Source: Stegostoma tigrinum
Taxonomy: Eukaryota
Assembly: GCF_030684315.1 (NCBI RefSeq)
Contig: NC_081393.1
Location: 16,239,479 to 16,303,478 of the forward strand
Length of the DNA: 64,000 nt
Direction: 5' to 3'
The notes under the pieces were generated by a model. That model made no database searches. It had not been told where the DNA came from and worked only from the letters and a program-made list of their open reading frames with translations. Position numbers and translations under genes: made by a program. This document shows, in pieces, positions 53,785-64,000 of this stretch. Position 1 is the stretch's first letter; each line of letters starts with the position of its first letter.

Positions 53785-54707
53785 AATTTGTGTTTTGTTT
53801 AATTATCAGATTTATGACATAAGCGTGATACAAACAATGAATGTGGCACTTGCAACAAATACATGCTTTTAATTAGACTTAAAATTATTTAAAATTTGCA
53901 TTTGTAGTAGACTTCATTATTGTCGACGAAAAATCAAAACATTGAAGGCCTGTAGTATTTTGATCTTAGTCCGATACATTTGACAGTGAAAAGAATCTTC
54001 TTTTGACAAAATCAGTTCAAAACTTTCACATTTACCAATGGCCTATCTTTATTTTAAAAAATTCTATTCAGACTGCAGACCAAAGACAAGTAATGCTGTA
54101 ATGGCCTCTTTAAATTCTCAATCAAGGTGTGAACTCAGAATTCCATGCTTAGGTAATTGTTGCTTTTGAAACTGAGCCAAGCATTCATAATGACATAACG
54201 ATCGTCTTTGGGGAAATATCAAACACTACCAGTTGTTGCTACTTTTATCTAAGCTGTCAGTCAAAACAGTCCACCAGAAAGGTATTTTAGAAACTGTTTC
54301 AATGACAGCTACAGCTTGTTTTTTTCTTAAAACTGATTGAGCACAGCATTGAAAAAAAACTCCAGACCAAGTCAGTGTACTAGCCATATTTGCCCTTCAA
54401 GTATGTTTACATCTGCTCCAAGAGATTGTATTTCTGCAAAGTGTCGATCTGAAGAAGAATTATATTGGACTCAAAACGTTGACTCTGTTCTTCCCTCCAC
54501 AGATGTAGCCAGACCTGCTGAGTTGTCTGCCACTTTCTGGTTTAACTTAAGATCTCCAGCACCTGCAATACTTTGTTTTTTGTCTGGTTTAAATGGCCCC
54601 TGCTGAGTTTGTGTTTCCTTACTTGTGTGAATCACACCCTGCTTTCCAGCTGTGCAAAAGTCTGACCGACCTGTCTACCCTTCATTAGTATGGTTGGCCT
54701 GGTCATT

Positions 54708-54806
54708 GTCATTTTTCAGTCAACCTTTATGACACACCTCTGAAACAGATAAGACTTGAACTGTGGCCTCCTGTTTCAGAGGAAGGAACACTACCATTAG
54801 AGCCTC
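54708..54806 (-). mobile_element. Short (~100 bp) tRNA-like SINE with 13 bp target-site duplication
   Basis: TGGCCTGGTCATT at 54695-54707 and 54807-54819. Related copies at ~19000-19115 (-) and ~52485-52595 (+). Confidence 0.7.
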
Positions 54807-56160
54807 TGGCCTGGTCATTATTTACAGGTTGGGAATAACTTGTACCTTCTTCCTATTTGAACGCCTGGTCTTCCCTTGAACCTTGAGGAACAGAATGACT
54901 GAAGCTTGTTGTGGGGCTGAACTTATGACGGGTCATGTGATCCTCTTCATCTCTCCATTTCATCTGAGAGAGACAGTGCCAAGACATAAGAATGCTGCAA
55001 ACCTCACTTGTGACAAGGGGCATAGACCTCTCAAAAGTGGGATTCAGATTCTCCATCTCACAGAAAGGCTGAAAGGAAGTTTTGCAGACAGCGTTGATAC
55101 TAGATAACAAAGTGTAGAGCTGGATGAACACAGGCCAAGCAGCATCTTAGGAGCACAAAAGCTGATGTTTCAGGCCTAGACCCTTTGTTAATTTGAAACC
55201 TCAGTGTGATGTGTGTTTATCAGAGGTATCCAAGGATATGGGGCAATGCTGGGTTTGTGCATTTAGGTCACGTCGGCTGTCATCTCATTGAATATCAGCA
55301 GAACAGATTCAAGGAGCTAAATGACCAACTCCTATTCCAATGATCTTACTCATGCTGAGAAATACTAGAAGTCAGAATTAGGTACACTTCCGCAGTGAAA
55401 TGTTAATTGTCATAATCTTGCACAAGCTACTCCATACTGCCTTGAGCTTTCATTAAAAACTATCTCATTTGTTATTTAATATTTCTGTTTTTGATAGTTT
55501 AGTGTGCATGATAAAAGGTAGAACTATCTTTCAAAATTTCTGTACTACAAAAACAGCTTACCGTGGAAATACATGTAAGACCTTAATTAGACTATTGCCG
55601 TGGTTTTCCAGAGTTAGAATATTAATCGCTGCTTTTATTCACAACATGTTAGCCAATTTTAGTTTGGCTTTCCTACCGAAAAAGGATTGAACTAATTCAT
55701 GAAAATATGTTAAGCGTCTCAGAGTTCTACCTCTGGTACCTCATACAGCAATTACATTTAACAGATAAATCAGAAGCATGAGTGTCACATGCTAACAGCT
55801 TGCCAGTGTTCAACGAAATGAGAAACAAGCAGGCAGAGTGAAGAAATTGTTTCCAGCATAGACTGCAAAATGAGCAGAAGGTGAGAGTAGAATGTTTGAC
55901 CATATGTTTATTCCTCATGTTCAGTCATTGGACTTCAGATGGTAGTTCAGAAGACTGCAATTGTGAAAAGGTAGATTTGAGAAATTTTTGTAAATTTGGG
56001 GAGGCTGAAGGGGTTAAAAAATCAGCTGTGAGGACTCAATGTTCCTGCCTGGTACTCCGGTGGTTAGTTTCCCTGACCCAAGAAATCACAGCTTCTTCAT
56101 TATTCTTTTATTCAAATAAATCTTGTCGTGAATGCTTTAAACTTGTTCTACTGTACTGTG

Positions 56161-56291
56161 GTCAGAAGTCACATGACACCAGGTTATAACCCAACAGGGT
56201 ATGATTTCAGATAAACCTGTCGGACTATAACCTAGCATCATGTCACTTCTGACTTTGTCTGCCCAAGCCCAACACTGGCACATCCACATGA
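56161..56291. mobile_element. Fold-back mini-insertion of a fourth repeat family with the same architecture
   Basis: Arms gtcagaagtcacatgacaccaggttata / tataacctagcatcatgtcacttctgac plus tail. Flanks CT(A/G)CTGTACTGTG (56148-56160, 56292-56304). Confidence 0.75.
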
Positions 56292-57487
56292 CTGCTGTAC
56301 TGTGTTATGTTTTTGATAATGGTGTAAACATTGTGAGGTGGGGAGTAAGAAATTACTGGTTTTATAGAGGTCATATTGGTGCCGTATTTCAAGTTTTAAC
56401 GTAATTGCAAAGAGTCAAGATCATGCTGAAATTTCCAGAATTTATCCTCCTATATAAATGAATTCCTTGTCAACCACTTTTCTAGTGTCAAGTTAGAATT
56501 GAGCTTCCAATTTTGCACTGATGACAGGCTTTGAAATCTGTCTTCAACCTCACTTGTGAGGTTTTCGTAAAAATGTAAAAATCAAAGAACTGTTCTTTGA
56601 AGAGAAAGTTGAGGAAGATAGTGATTCACAGTCACTATAAATCTTAAGCCTATCCAGAACCTTGACATTAGACTTCTGTCAGATTTCAGTTAGCTCGATG
56701 GTTAGGGTGTTAATGGTGACAGACACACCCTGACCTGGCTGAGTTTAGATTTAGGGCCTGTAATGTTGTCGTGAACCCTTGGCATAAGCTGTGTTTCAGC
56801 AACACGTTCATAATCACAATGATACCTAGGGAAGAGAAGAGCACAAGAAACATGCAAGCAAGATCAGGGGTTTATTGCAGGTTTTTACTTTTAAATTAGC
56901 ATTTTTTAAAAAAGTAAAAACTATTTGAGTATCTATTTGTTACAAAAATAACATCTTGCTTACAATAATAAACGAGTAGACTGTGACCAGGGAATAGGAA
57001 ACCTTGGAGTAGATTTTGAGCTTTCTTACAGTTGGTGGGACAGGGAAACTAGAAATTGCAGATGATAATTTGTGAAGACTCATTCATCCCGATTAGTTGT
57101 TATACTGGCGTCACAGGCAGGTGAAATAGTTTTCTACCAATTTACAACAGGCGTACAATATCCCAACTTTGGGAAACCACCAATGCTACCAGCAAGGATT
57201 TGCAAGTATTGTAAGAATAAATGGACTTCTCTCTTTTGGTCCTTTTCACAATTCAGCACGTATAGATATCTTTGCTTCCATATTTGATTACTTTTTGGAT
57301 GCAGAAGTGCTCCAGCAGCTACCAAAAAATTGGAAGTCTCCGTAGTCAAACTGTGAATACTTACCTTTTGTGTGAAAAATGTCAGAGATTTGTGCCAAAG
57401 ATTGGAGGTAGAATCGCAAAGAGGTACAAAATTCTGGCACTGCAGAACATACTGAGCTGCATCCAGACAATGTTGCAGTTTTATTTA

Positions 57488-57677
57488 AAAACTGAAAAAA
57501 CTGCGGATGCTTTAAATCAGAGACAAAAACAAAGTTGCTGATAAAGCCTAGCAGGTCTGGCAGCATCTATGAAGGCAAAAACAGAGTTAACATTTTGGGT
57601 CTGGTGACCCTTCCTCTGCTTTTTCCTTCACAGATGTTGCCAGACCTACTGGGATTTTCCAGCAACTTTGTTTTTGA
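57488..57677. mobile_element. Family C PLE fold-back mini-insertion
   Basis: Inverted arms (aggtctggcagcatct / agatgttgccagacct). Flanks TGCA(G/T)TTTTATTTA (57474-57487, 57678-57691). Confidence 0.8.
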
Positions 57678-57817
57678 TGCATTTTTATTTACCCATGATT
57701 GATATGTCAGGTTTTCGGAACTTTGTCATCTCTGAAATGCACCAGTATTAAGATACAGCTTTGAGAAAGTGTTTCTTTCTGAGCTCATAGCTCTTTGGTT
57801 TCAACAAACCAAACTTA

Positions 57818-58140
57818 GGGCGGCACGTTGGCTCACTGGTTAGCACTGCAACCTCACAGTGCCAGGAACCCAGGTTCGATCCCAGCCTCAGGCAACTGTC
57901 TGTGCGGAGTTTGCACATTCTCCCCGTGTCTGTGTGGGTTTCTTCCGGGTGCTCCACTTTCCTCCCACAGTCCAAAGATGTGCAGGCTGGGTGGATCGGC
58001 CATGCTAAATTACCCGTAGTGTTCAGAGGTGTGTGGGTTATAGGGGGATGGGTCTGGGTGGGATGCTGCGAGGCACGGTGTGGACTTGTTGGGCCAAAGG
58101 GCCTGTTTCCACACTGTAGGGAATCTAATCTAATCTAATC
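57818..58140 (+). mobile_element. HE1-like V-SINE, well preserved
   Basis: A/B boxes, V-domain, (AATCT)3 tail. Confidence 0.94.
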
Positions 58141-59259
58141 AAAAACAGAAACACTCAGTTCACAACTGCTCATTAATTTATAATTGCTTTCAATCAAAAG
58201 CCTTTCCTGAATAAATAAATAAGGTAGTGGTAAAAAGGACTTTCAGGACCTTCTGCCCAAACTTGATTTTAAATATACCAGAATGTTGTCAAAATATTGC
58301 ACTGTTTTACCTTTTACGCACACATGGTGCATAAAGATCATAAACAAATAGTTTTCTTCACTATTTTCAGACTTTGTTAAAATAACAGTTAAAATATTTT
58401 ATAATTGAGTGAAGAGCTCTGAAATTTATTAAATGTGGCTTGGCCAATGGTATTCTTAAACTGAATTCAAGAAGTGGAACGCCTCTTAATATTCATGCAT
58501 TTTCCCATTTGCTTCCCTATCAGAGGAGTTAATATTGCGTTGCTACCTGAGAATGTTCTTCAGTGTATTTTTGTCAGTGGAAGCATATGCTAACAAGAAT
58601 TTCAGCCTATGCAGATAAGGTTTTGAACTCGGAAATACCCTTCAATACATGATGAAAATTATTCCTCCAAGTGCAAGTAGCAGGGTTCTAGTGGAGAAAT
58701 ATGTACTTGTTTCTCAGAAAAGATATGATGCACACCTGGCCAGGTGGGAATTACAGAATGAGCTTCCTGAATATCATTGCAAAAGCAGTTAAAATTATAG
58801 TTTGCCACTAATTAGCTAATGATGTGAAAGACTGTCTGTTTCTCTGAAGGGATTCAAAAGTATTGCAGGTGTTGTATTAAACAATGTCAAAGCATCAATA
58901 AACATGTTAACTAATTTATGTCATGTTTTAACAAAATGTAATAAATTCACGTACATAATTTAAGAAATTTAAACCAACCTTTTAGGTGTCTTACCAAAAA
59001 TATCAGCCCTGTTGTTTGAAAATTATTTCCACTGGTTTCTGATGCTTCTTGAATGTTGAAATTGAGCCTGAATTTTCTTAATTGTGTTGCCTTATTTTGC
59101 AAGCATATGACACAAGTTACAAAGCATTGCTTACCCAATCACAGTTTCTTATTTTGCCTCCTCTTGTTTTTGTCTCCAGTGGGTCTAGATGTTTTTCTAT
59201 CACAACTTTTTGTCTTCATCGGTTAATGTGTAGTATTGCAGTCAGAGATTCTCAGAATT

Positions 59260-59482
59260 AGCAAGTTTTGAGAAGATTTTTAGCTCAGGTTGAGGTTCTG
59301 GATGTGAGTTTGCTCGCTGAGCTGGAAGTTTAGTTTTCAGACATTTCGTCACCATTCTAGGTAACATCATCAGTGAGCCTCCGATGAAGCTTCATCGGAG
59401 GCTCACTGATGATGTTACCTAGAATGGTGACGAAACGTCTGAAAACTAACCTTCCAGCTCAGCAAGCAAACTCACATCCAGA
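59260..59482. mobile_element. Poseidon-type fold-back mini-insertion: loop-less 93 bp palindrome with two opposed hammerheads
   Basis: 59297-59389 vs 59390-59482, 3 mismatches, centre GAAG|CTTC. Flanks AGATT(C/T)TCAGAATT (59246-59259, 59480-59493). Confidence 0.92.
59403..59442 (+). ncRNA. Minimal type I hammerhead ribozyme motif, intact core
   Basis: UCA-CUGAUGA-U-GUUACC-uagaau-GGUGAC-GAAA-CG-UC-UGA; predicted cleavage after 59439. Confidence 0.8.
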
Positions 59483-60949
59483 TTTTCAGAATTCTATGTC
59501 AATCCTCACTCCATTGACCTGGACAGTCCTCACCTACCCTACATTCTCACTTATCACCATCCCTTAACCTAATGCATAGTTGTGATCATCCCACAACTGT
59601 GGAACCTATTTCCATCAATTCATGCTTTCCTTCTACATTCCAAGTCTTGAACATCGGGTAGATAAGGAAAATCTTCCGAACTCAAAGATCTTTTGAGGCC
59701 AATTGCCTGCTGCAAAGATAACTTGAAGAAGCTGGGACTTCTTCCTGAAGAGAAGTCTGAAAGGAGAATTGAAATAATTTTGTTAGAATTTTTCAATGTT
59801 GAGAGTGAGCTGAATAGAGTAAACTGATGTGCAAAAGAAGCAAGGGTGATATTAAAACAAATGTTTTCATTCAGCAAGAAGTTAGGAGATAGGCTGCACT
59901 GCTTGGAAGTGTGGTTGGAGACAGGTTCAGCTGAGACAGTCAAGAAGGCTTTCAGTGATTATTTGGATTGGAAAGGTGTGTTGGGGTGTGGTGAAAAGAC
60001 AATATTGGTAATGATGTTATCACTTGGTAAAGATGCCCATTTGAAAAGCTGGTTCATGCACAGCAGGCCAGTCACCTTTTGCATCAAGCAATTGTGACAT
60101 AGCAATTCTATGAACGATTTCCTCTTCTACTTTATCTAACTTCAAAATTGTCTGGCACAGAGTCTTTCAGGAGAGGAGTGCATTTTTTGGATTTTAATGT
60201 GGCAGACATCTGACCAAATCACAGGCATGATTTTGTCTCTGGAGTTCTGCATCTGGAGGACTGAATCTTAAAATTTACCCCTCACACTCATAATTAGCTG
60301 ATCATCTCTGTGAAATTCAGGCAAATAGTTAGAGGTGTTGCCTTGTCCTGCCTCTATTTTACTTTTTATTAAATGTTATTTTCTTAGCTTCCTTACTTTT
60401 GTCCAGCAAGCACTGTGTTGCCAGGACTTCTCAAAGATACAAGCTTAGGTTAAAGTATCTAGCCCTGTGATCGTATCAGTTATGCTTAAAAGTTCCTTGA
60501 ATGTATGAACAAGGAGCAAGAAGAGGCTACTCGATCGTCCCATCTGCTCTGCTATTATATAAGATCATGGATAATTTGATTTTAACCTCAACTCTACATT
60601 CCTGCATATCCCTGATCATTTTTCCTCCCCTTGGTAATAAAAATTCTCACCATCTCTCATTTAAACATATTTTAAAATTCTGCATCCACTGCATTTGGAG
60701 GAAGGAAATTCCTCAGACTCTCAATCCTCTGAGGGAAAAGTGTTTCCTCATCTCTGTTTTGGGGAGAAAGCAGGAAAGTGAAGTTGGGATTATCAGATCA
60801 GTCATGATCTCATTGAATGACAGAGCAGACTCAGTGAGCTGAATGGCCTATTTCTACTGTGTCTTATGGTCTTAAGGAGCTAACTCTTTTTTTCAAACTA
60901 TGATCTCTAGTTCTAGATTCTCCCACAAGAGAAAACATGTTTTCAAAAT

Positions 60950-61175
60950 TCATAACTCTGCAGAAGCGGGTACTCGGTCACTGAGTCATCCTTTATTTAC
61001 ACAGGAGAGTCCTTGACACTGATCCAGTTTCCCCAGCACCAGCTTTCAGAGTAAACAGAACCTCTGACACTTCTCTTCTTATCAGCCCAGGTTCCCTGAT
61101 TGGACCAGATTAACAGCCCCAATCAGGGAACTCATTCTCTGAGGTCTACCTGGCTGACCTCATTACAATCACCAA
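60950..61175. mobile_element. Possible solo LTR inserted in an old CR1 fragment (60500-61550)
   Basis: The surrounding minus-strand CR1 sequence is interrupted by an unrelated ~225 bp block with a minus-strand ATAAA signal and CCAAT-like motifs. Confidence 0.4.
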
Positions 61176-62169
61176 ACCCTCAAACTCTTTCATGTTTCAT
61201 TTAATTCACCTCTGAATCTTCTGCATTCCAGAAGATACAGGCCAAATCTGTCTATCTTTCCTCATAAGGCCATCTACTCTTTACAGGTTTTAATCCAGTA
61301 AACCTCTAAACTGCTTCCAACACATTGACATCCTTCACTAAGTACTGAGACCAGTACTATACACACTACTTTAAATGTGGTCTTACCAATGCAATGTTTA
61401 ACTGAAGCATAATCTCCCTACTCTTGAATTCAATTCCCTCACCAAACAATATGACATTCTATTAGCTTTCCTGATTCCTTACTTTACCAGTACACAAACC
61501 TTCTGTGGTTCATACATTAGGACACGCAGATTTCTCTGCGTCTCAATTCACCTCAGAATATGTTTCTGCTGTCAGCTGAATTGATAGTGTACATTTCTGA
61601 TGCTTAAGATGGACTCAATGAATTAGATGTCTTGATTGAGCCTTTCATATCCTTCATTCTTCAACCAATTCCATGGTTCTGTATGACAGCAATGAATCAT
61701 ACTTTAGTTGTAATCGGGAGGTCTAGGAGTTGGCTGTCATGATGGGAGCATTTTGAAACACTTTTAAAGGATGTGAAAGTAATCCAGTCAACTTTAGTTG
61801 CCACTAACTATATAGCTAGAGTTCTGCATCAAGATTTTGGGACTGCAAGCTCTGAGGCAGCAAAGGCTGCCATATAACTTGGACTAGAGACTCATGTCAG
61901 CGATTGGGCGCTTTTCTGATGGTGGGCATGATGTAACAGAAAGATCTTTTGAGGCCTGATGCCTGATGCAAACAAACATGCCTGCAGTTTAAAAATTCCC
62001 ACCCTGCTCAACCTTTCTCCTGGTTGAAGTCCACCCCAGCCTCCTCTTGTTGTATCCTGCAAAAAGCACAATGTCTGAATGTTTTTTATTCTCACCCAAT
62101 GTTCATAGTTTCCCAAAAGGCTCATTGAGCAACTTTCACAATGGAAAATGGGGTGCTGTACTTTACTCA

Positions 62170-62365
62170 AAAATAAAAGCAAAATCATGCAGATGCTGGA
62201 GGACTGAAATGAAACCATAAATTGCTGGAGAAACTTAGCAAATCTGGCAGCATTTTGGAAACAAACAGTTAACATTTCGAGTCCAATATGACACTTTTTC
62301 AAATGGTACATCTCTCCTCAGCTGCTGCCAAACCCACTGGTCTACTCCAGCAATTCTGTTTTATT
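62170..62365. mobile_element. Degenerate family C PLE fold-back fragment
   Basis: aattgctggagaaacttagcaaatctggcagc vs gctgccaaacccactggtctactccagcaatt. Confidence 0.65.
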
Positions 62366-63474
62366 TTCTATGAAGTCTAGCCTTGCAGGGTCATTTGAAG
62401 CAGCTCTAACTTTTGCTTTGGCTGGAATGGACCAGAGGCTGATCAAATTGGGAATTGAACTGGAGGTCTAGTAGCCCCCACTTTGGCTATTACGTTATCA
62501 CATTGAGCAATTAGGCAGCTCTATGACACATCATTCAGGTTATTTTTAAGCTGTGACGGAGTATCAACAAAACTTTCTTGTTTGTTTTTTTAAGCCTTGA
62601 CTGATTCCTAGCTGTGATTTGATTTTGCAACAACGTATAATTCCTGAGTGGAGGATTGAGCCTGCTGTTCCTGAACTGAGTTCTTGATGATAGTATTATT
62701 TCTCTGGATCTTGCGATTCTGGACACATCAGGGCAAAATTCACAGTGATATGTTCAAGTTAAAATCCTTGGCAGCAAGAATTAATGACTTAATTTTGCTC
62801 TGCTTCATGTTGCACTGGACTTCTGCACATCAGCAGTGTGACGTTGCAAATATGTAGCTGAAGCTCTTCAGAAAAATTTAACTTCTGTAATCATTCCTGT
62901 TCTTTGACTTACTATCAGTCTTCTGCAAGAAGTTTTTTTTTGAATCAGAACAATCTCTGCTTGCAAGTGGTAAATTGACAGATTGAAGGCATCCTTGTAT
63001 ATGTGAACTGTTTTCTTACAGTTCTCTCATCCGTTTTAGATAAATGGATCCACTATCCCCGCACCCTTGGTGGTGTATCCAGTGGCTAACAGTACCCTTA
63101 AGAGGAAAAAGTATTATGACCTAATTAGTCTTAGTAACACTAAAGACTTGCTGGAATTGAGGGTGAAGTCTGTGTCACCAAAGTAGTTTCTCTTTTGAGT
63201 TCACACTCTGGCTTTTTAAGACCATAAAACCTCAGAGCAGAAGTTGGCCATTTAACCCAGTGAGTCTGCTGTGCCATTCAGTGATATCATGGCTGACCTG
63301 ATAATCCTCATCTCTAATTTCCTGCCTTTTCCCCCAACCCTTGATTCTCTTGCTTAATAAACTTATACTATCTCCACCTGAATATTAAAAATGGATCTTC
63401 ACCTTCATTCTAAATTGATTTTATCTGTAGAATTGTGTCTGTATCCTTAACAGCCTATTGTTTGTTAACTGCAG

Positions 63475-63569
63475 GAATGCCAGGAGAACCGCTGCCTGTT
63501 GAAAGTGAAAAGGACATCTTTGATTACATTGACTGGCAATACCGAGAGCCACAAGAGCGAAGTGAGTGA
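63475..63569 (+). CDS. POLB: DNA polymerase beta, terminal coding exon (equivalent to human exon 14)
   Basis: ctgcag acceptor. Encodes (G)[30 protein letters not shown]-stop (TGA 63567-63569); human is [31 protein letters not shown]. Confidence 0.98.
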
Positions 63570-63808
63570 GTGTCACTGAGGATTACCCTGAGAACCTCTT
63601 TACATGAAAAATACTCTGAAGTTCTGTAGGAATAAGAATACAGTGAGTCCTGATAAATGTAGAGCTAGTTAAAACATTCATAAGAATTTCTCGATTTGCT
63701 TGCTAAATAACTTTGTGTCCCCACAAATGTGATTGGTATATTATGCATGAAGTTTGAATGTATTTGTAGAGAAGACCATCTTTCGATAAAGTACTGTGCA
63801 GTAATATC

Positions 63809-63869
63809 AATAAACCATTTTGTAGATTCATTGTCGCATTTAATAATGAATAAAAAATAGAATATTAAA
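63809..63869 (+). promoter_or_regulatory. Candidate POLB polyadenylation signals
   Basis: AATAAA at 63809-63814 and 63849-63854, ATTAAA at 63864-63869, 240-300 nt after the stop codon. Confidence 0.6.
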
Positions 63870-64000
63870 TACAAAAAAATGCACATGATTATTCAATACT
63901 GTTTGTAAAAGTAGTGAAACCAATGGGCTGCTCATATATGATCTTAAAGAACACAAGCCACAGCAACTTTCACTATTGGACCTTCTTGAACGCTAATCTA

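Noticed and set aside
54428-54485. Functional hammerhead in family C copies (also ~22431, ~45455)
   Set aside because: Core or stem II is disrupted (e.g. GAAA changed to AAAA, mismatched stem), so these are treated as decayed relics.
18262-58140. tRNA genes
   Set aside because: The A/B-box sequences are SINE heads followed by V-domain and LINE-like tails, not complete cloverleaves.
1-64000. Prokaryotic systems (CRISPR array, retron, operon) and the many short ORFs in the track
   Set aside because: The sequence is a spliced vertebrate locus with no repeat-spacer array. All RT ORFs are CR1/L2 or Penelope type, and the remaining short ORFs are antisense or alternate frames of repeats, or random.

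Overview
AT-rich, repeat-dense vertebrate genomic DNA. The repeat content (HE1/V-SINEs, Deu-domain SINE, CR1 LINEs, Penelope elements) points to a cartilaginous fish, probably a carpet shark. The only host gene I can support is the 3' part of DNA polymerase beta (POLB) on the + strand: exon 12 (45685-45749), exon 13 (51632-51771) and terminal exon 14 (63475-63569 plus 3' UTR). Exon sizes and phases match human POLB as I recall it. I found no earlier POLB exon by eye, so the first ~45 kb is probably one very large intron. The introns hold nested CR1 LINEs, SINEs and Penelope-like elements (PLEs) of Neptune-like and Poseidon-like type. The most interesting signal is an RNA-level one. Several PLE families left about ten short fold-back insertions, most flanked by 10-16 bp direct repeats. 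Many carry minimal hammerhead-ribozyme motifs (CUGANGA-stem II-GAAA-CG-UC), and three of these have intact cores on the POLB sense strand. Copies of one family break at the same nucleotide. The window also contains templated inverted duplications of non-repeat DNA and a composite insertion that splits a Poseidon ORF. All calls are by eye; repeat boundaries are approximate.
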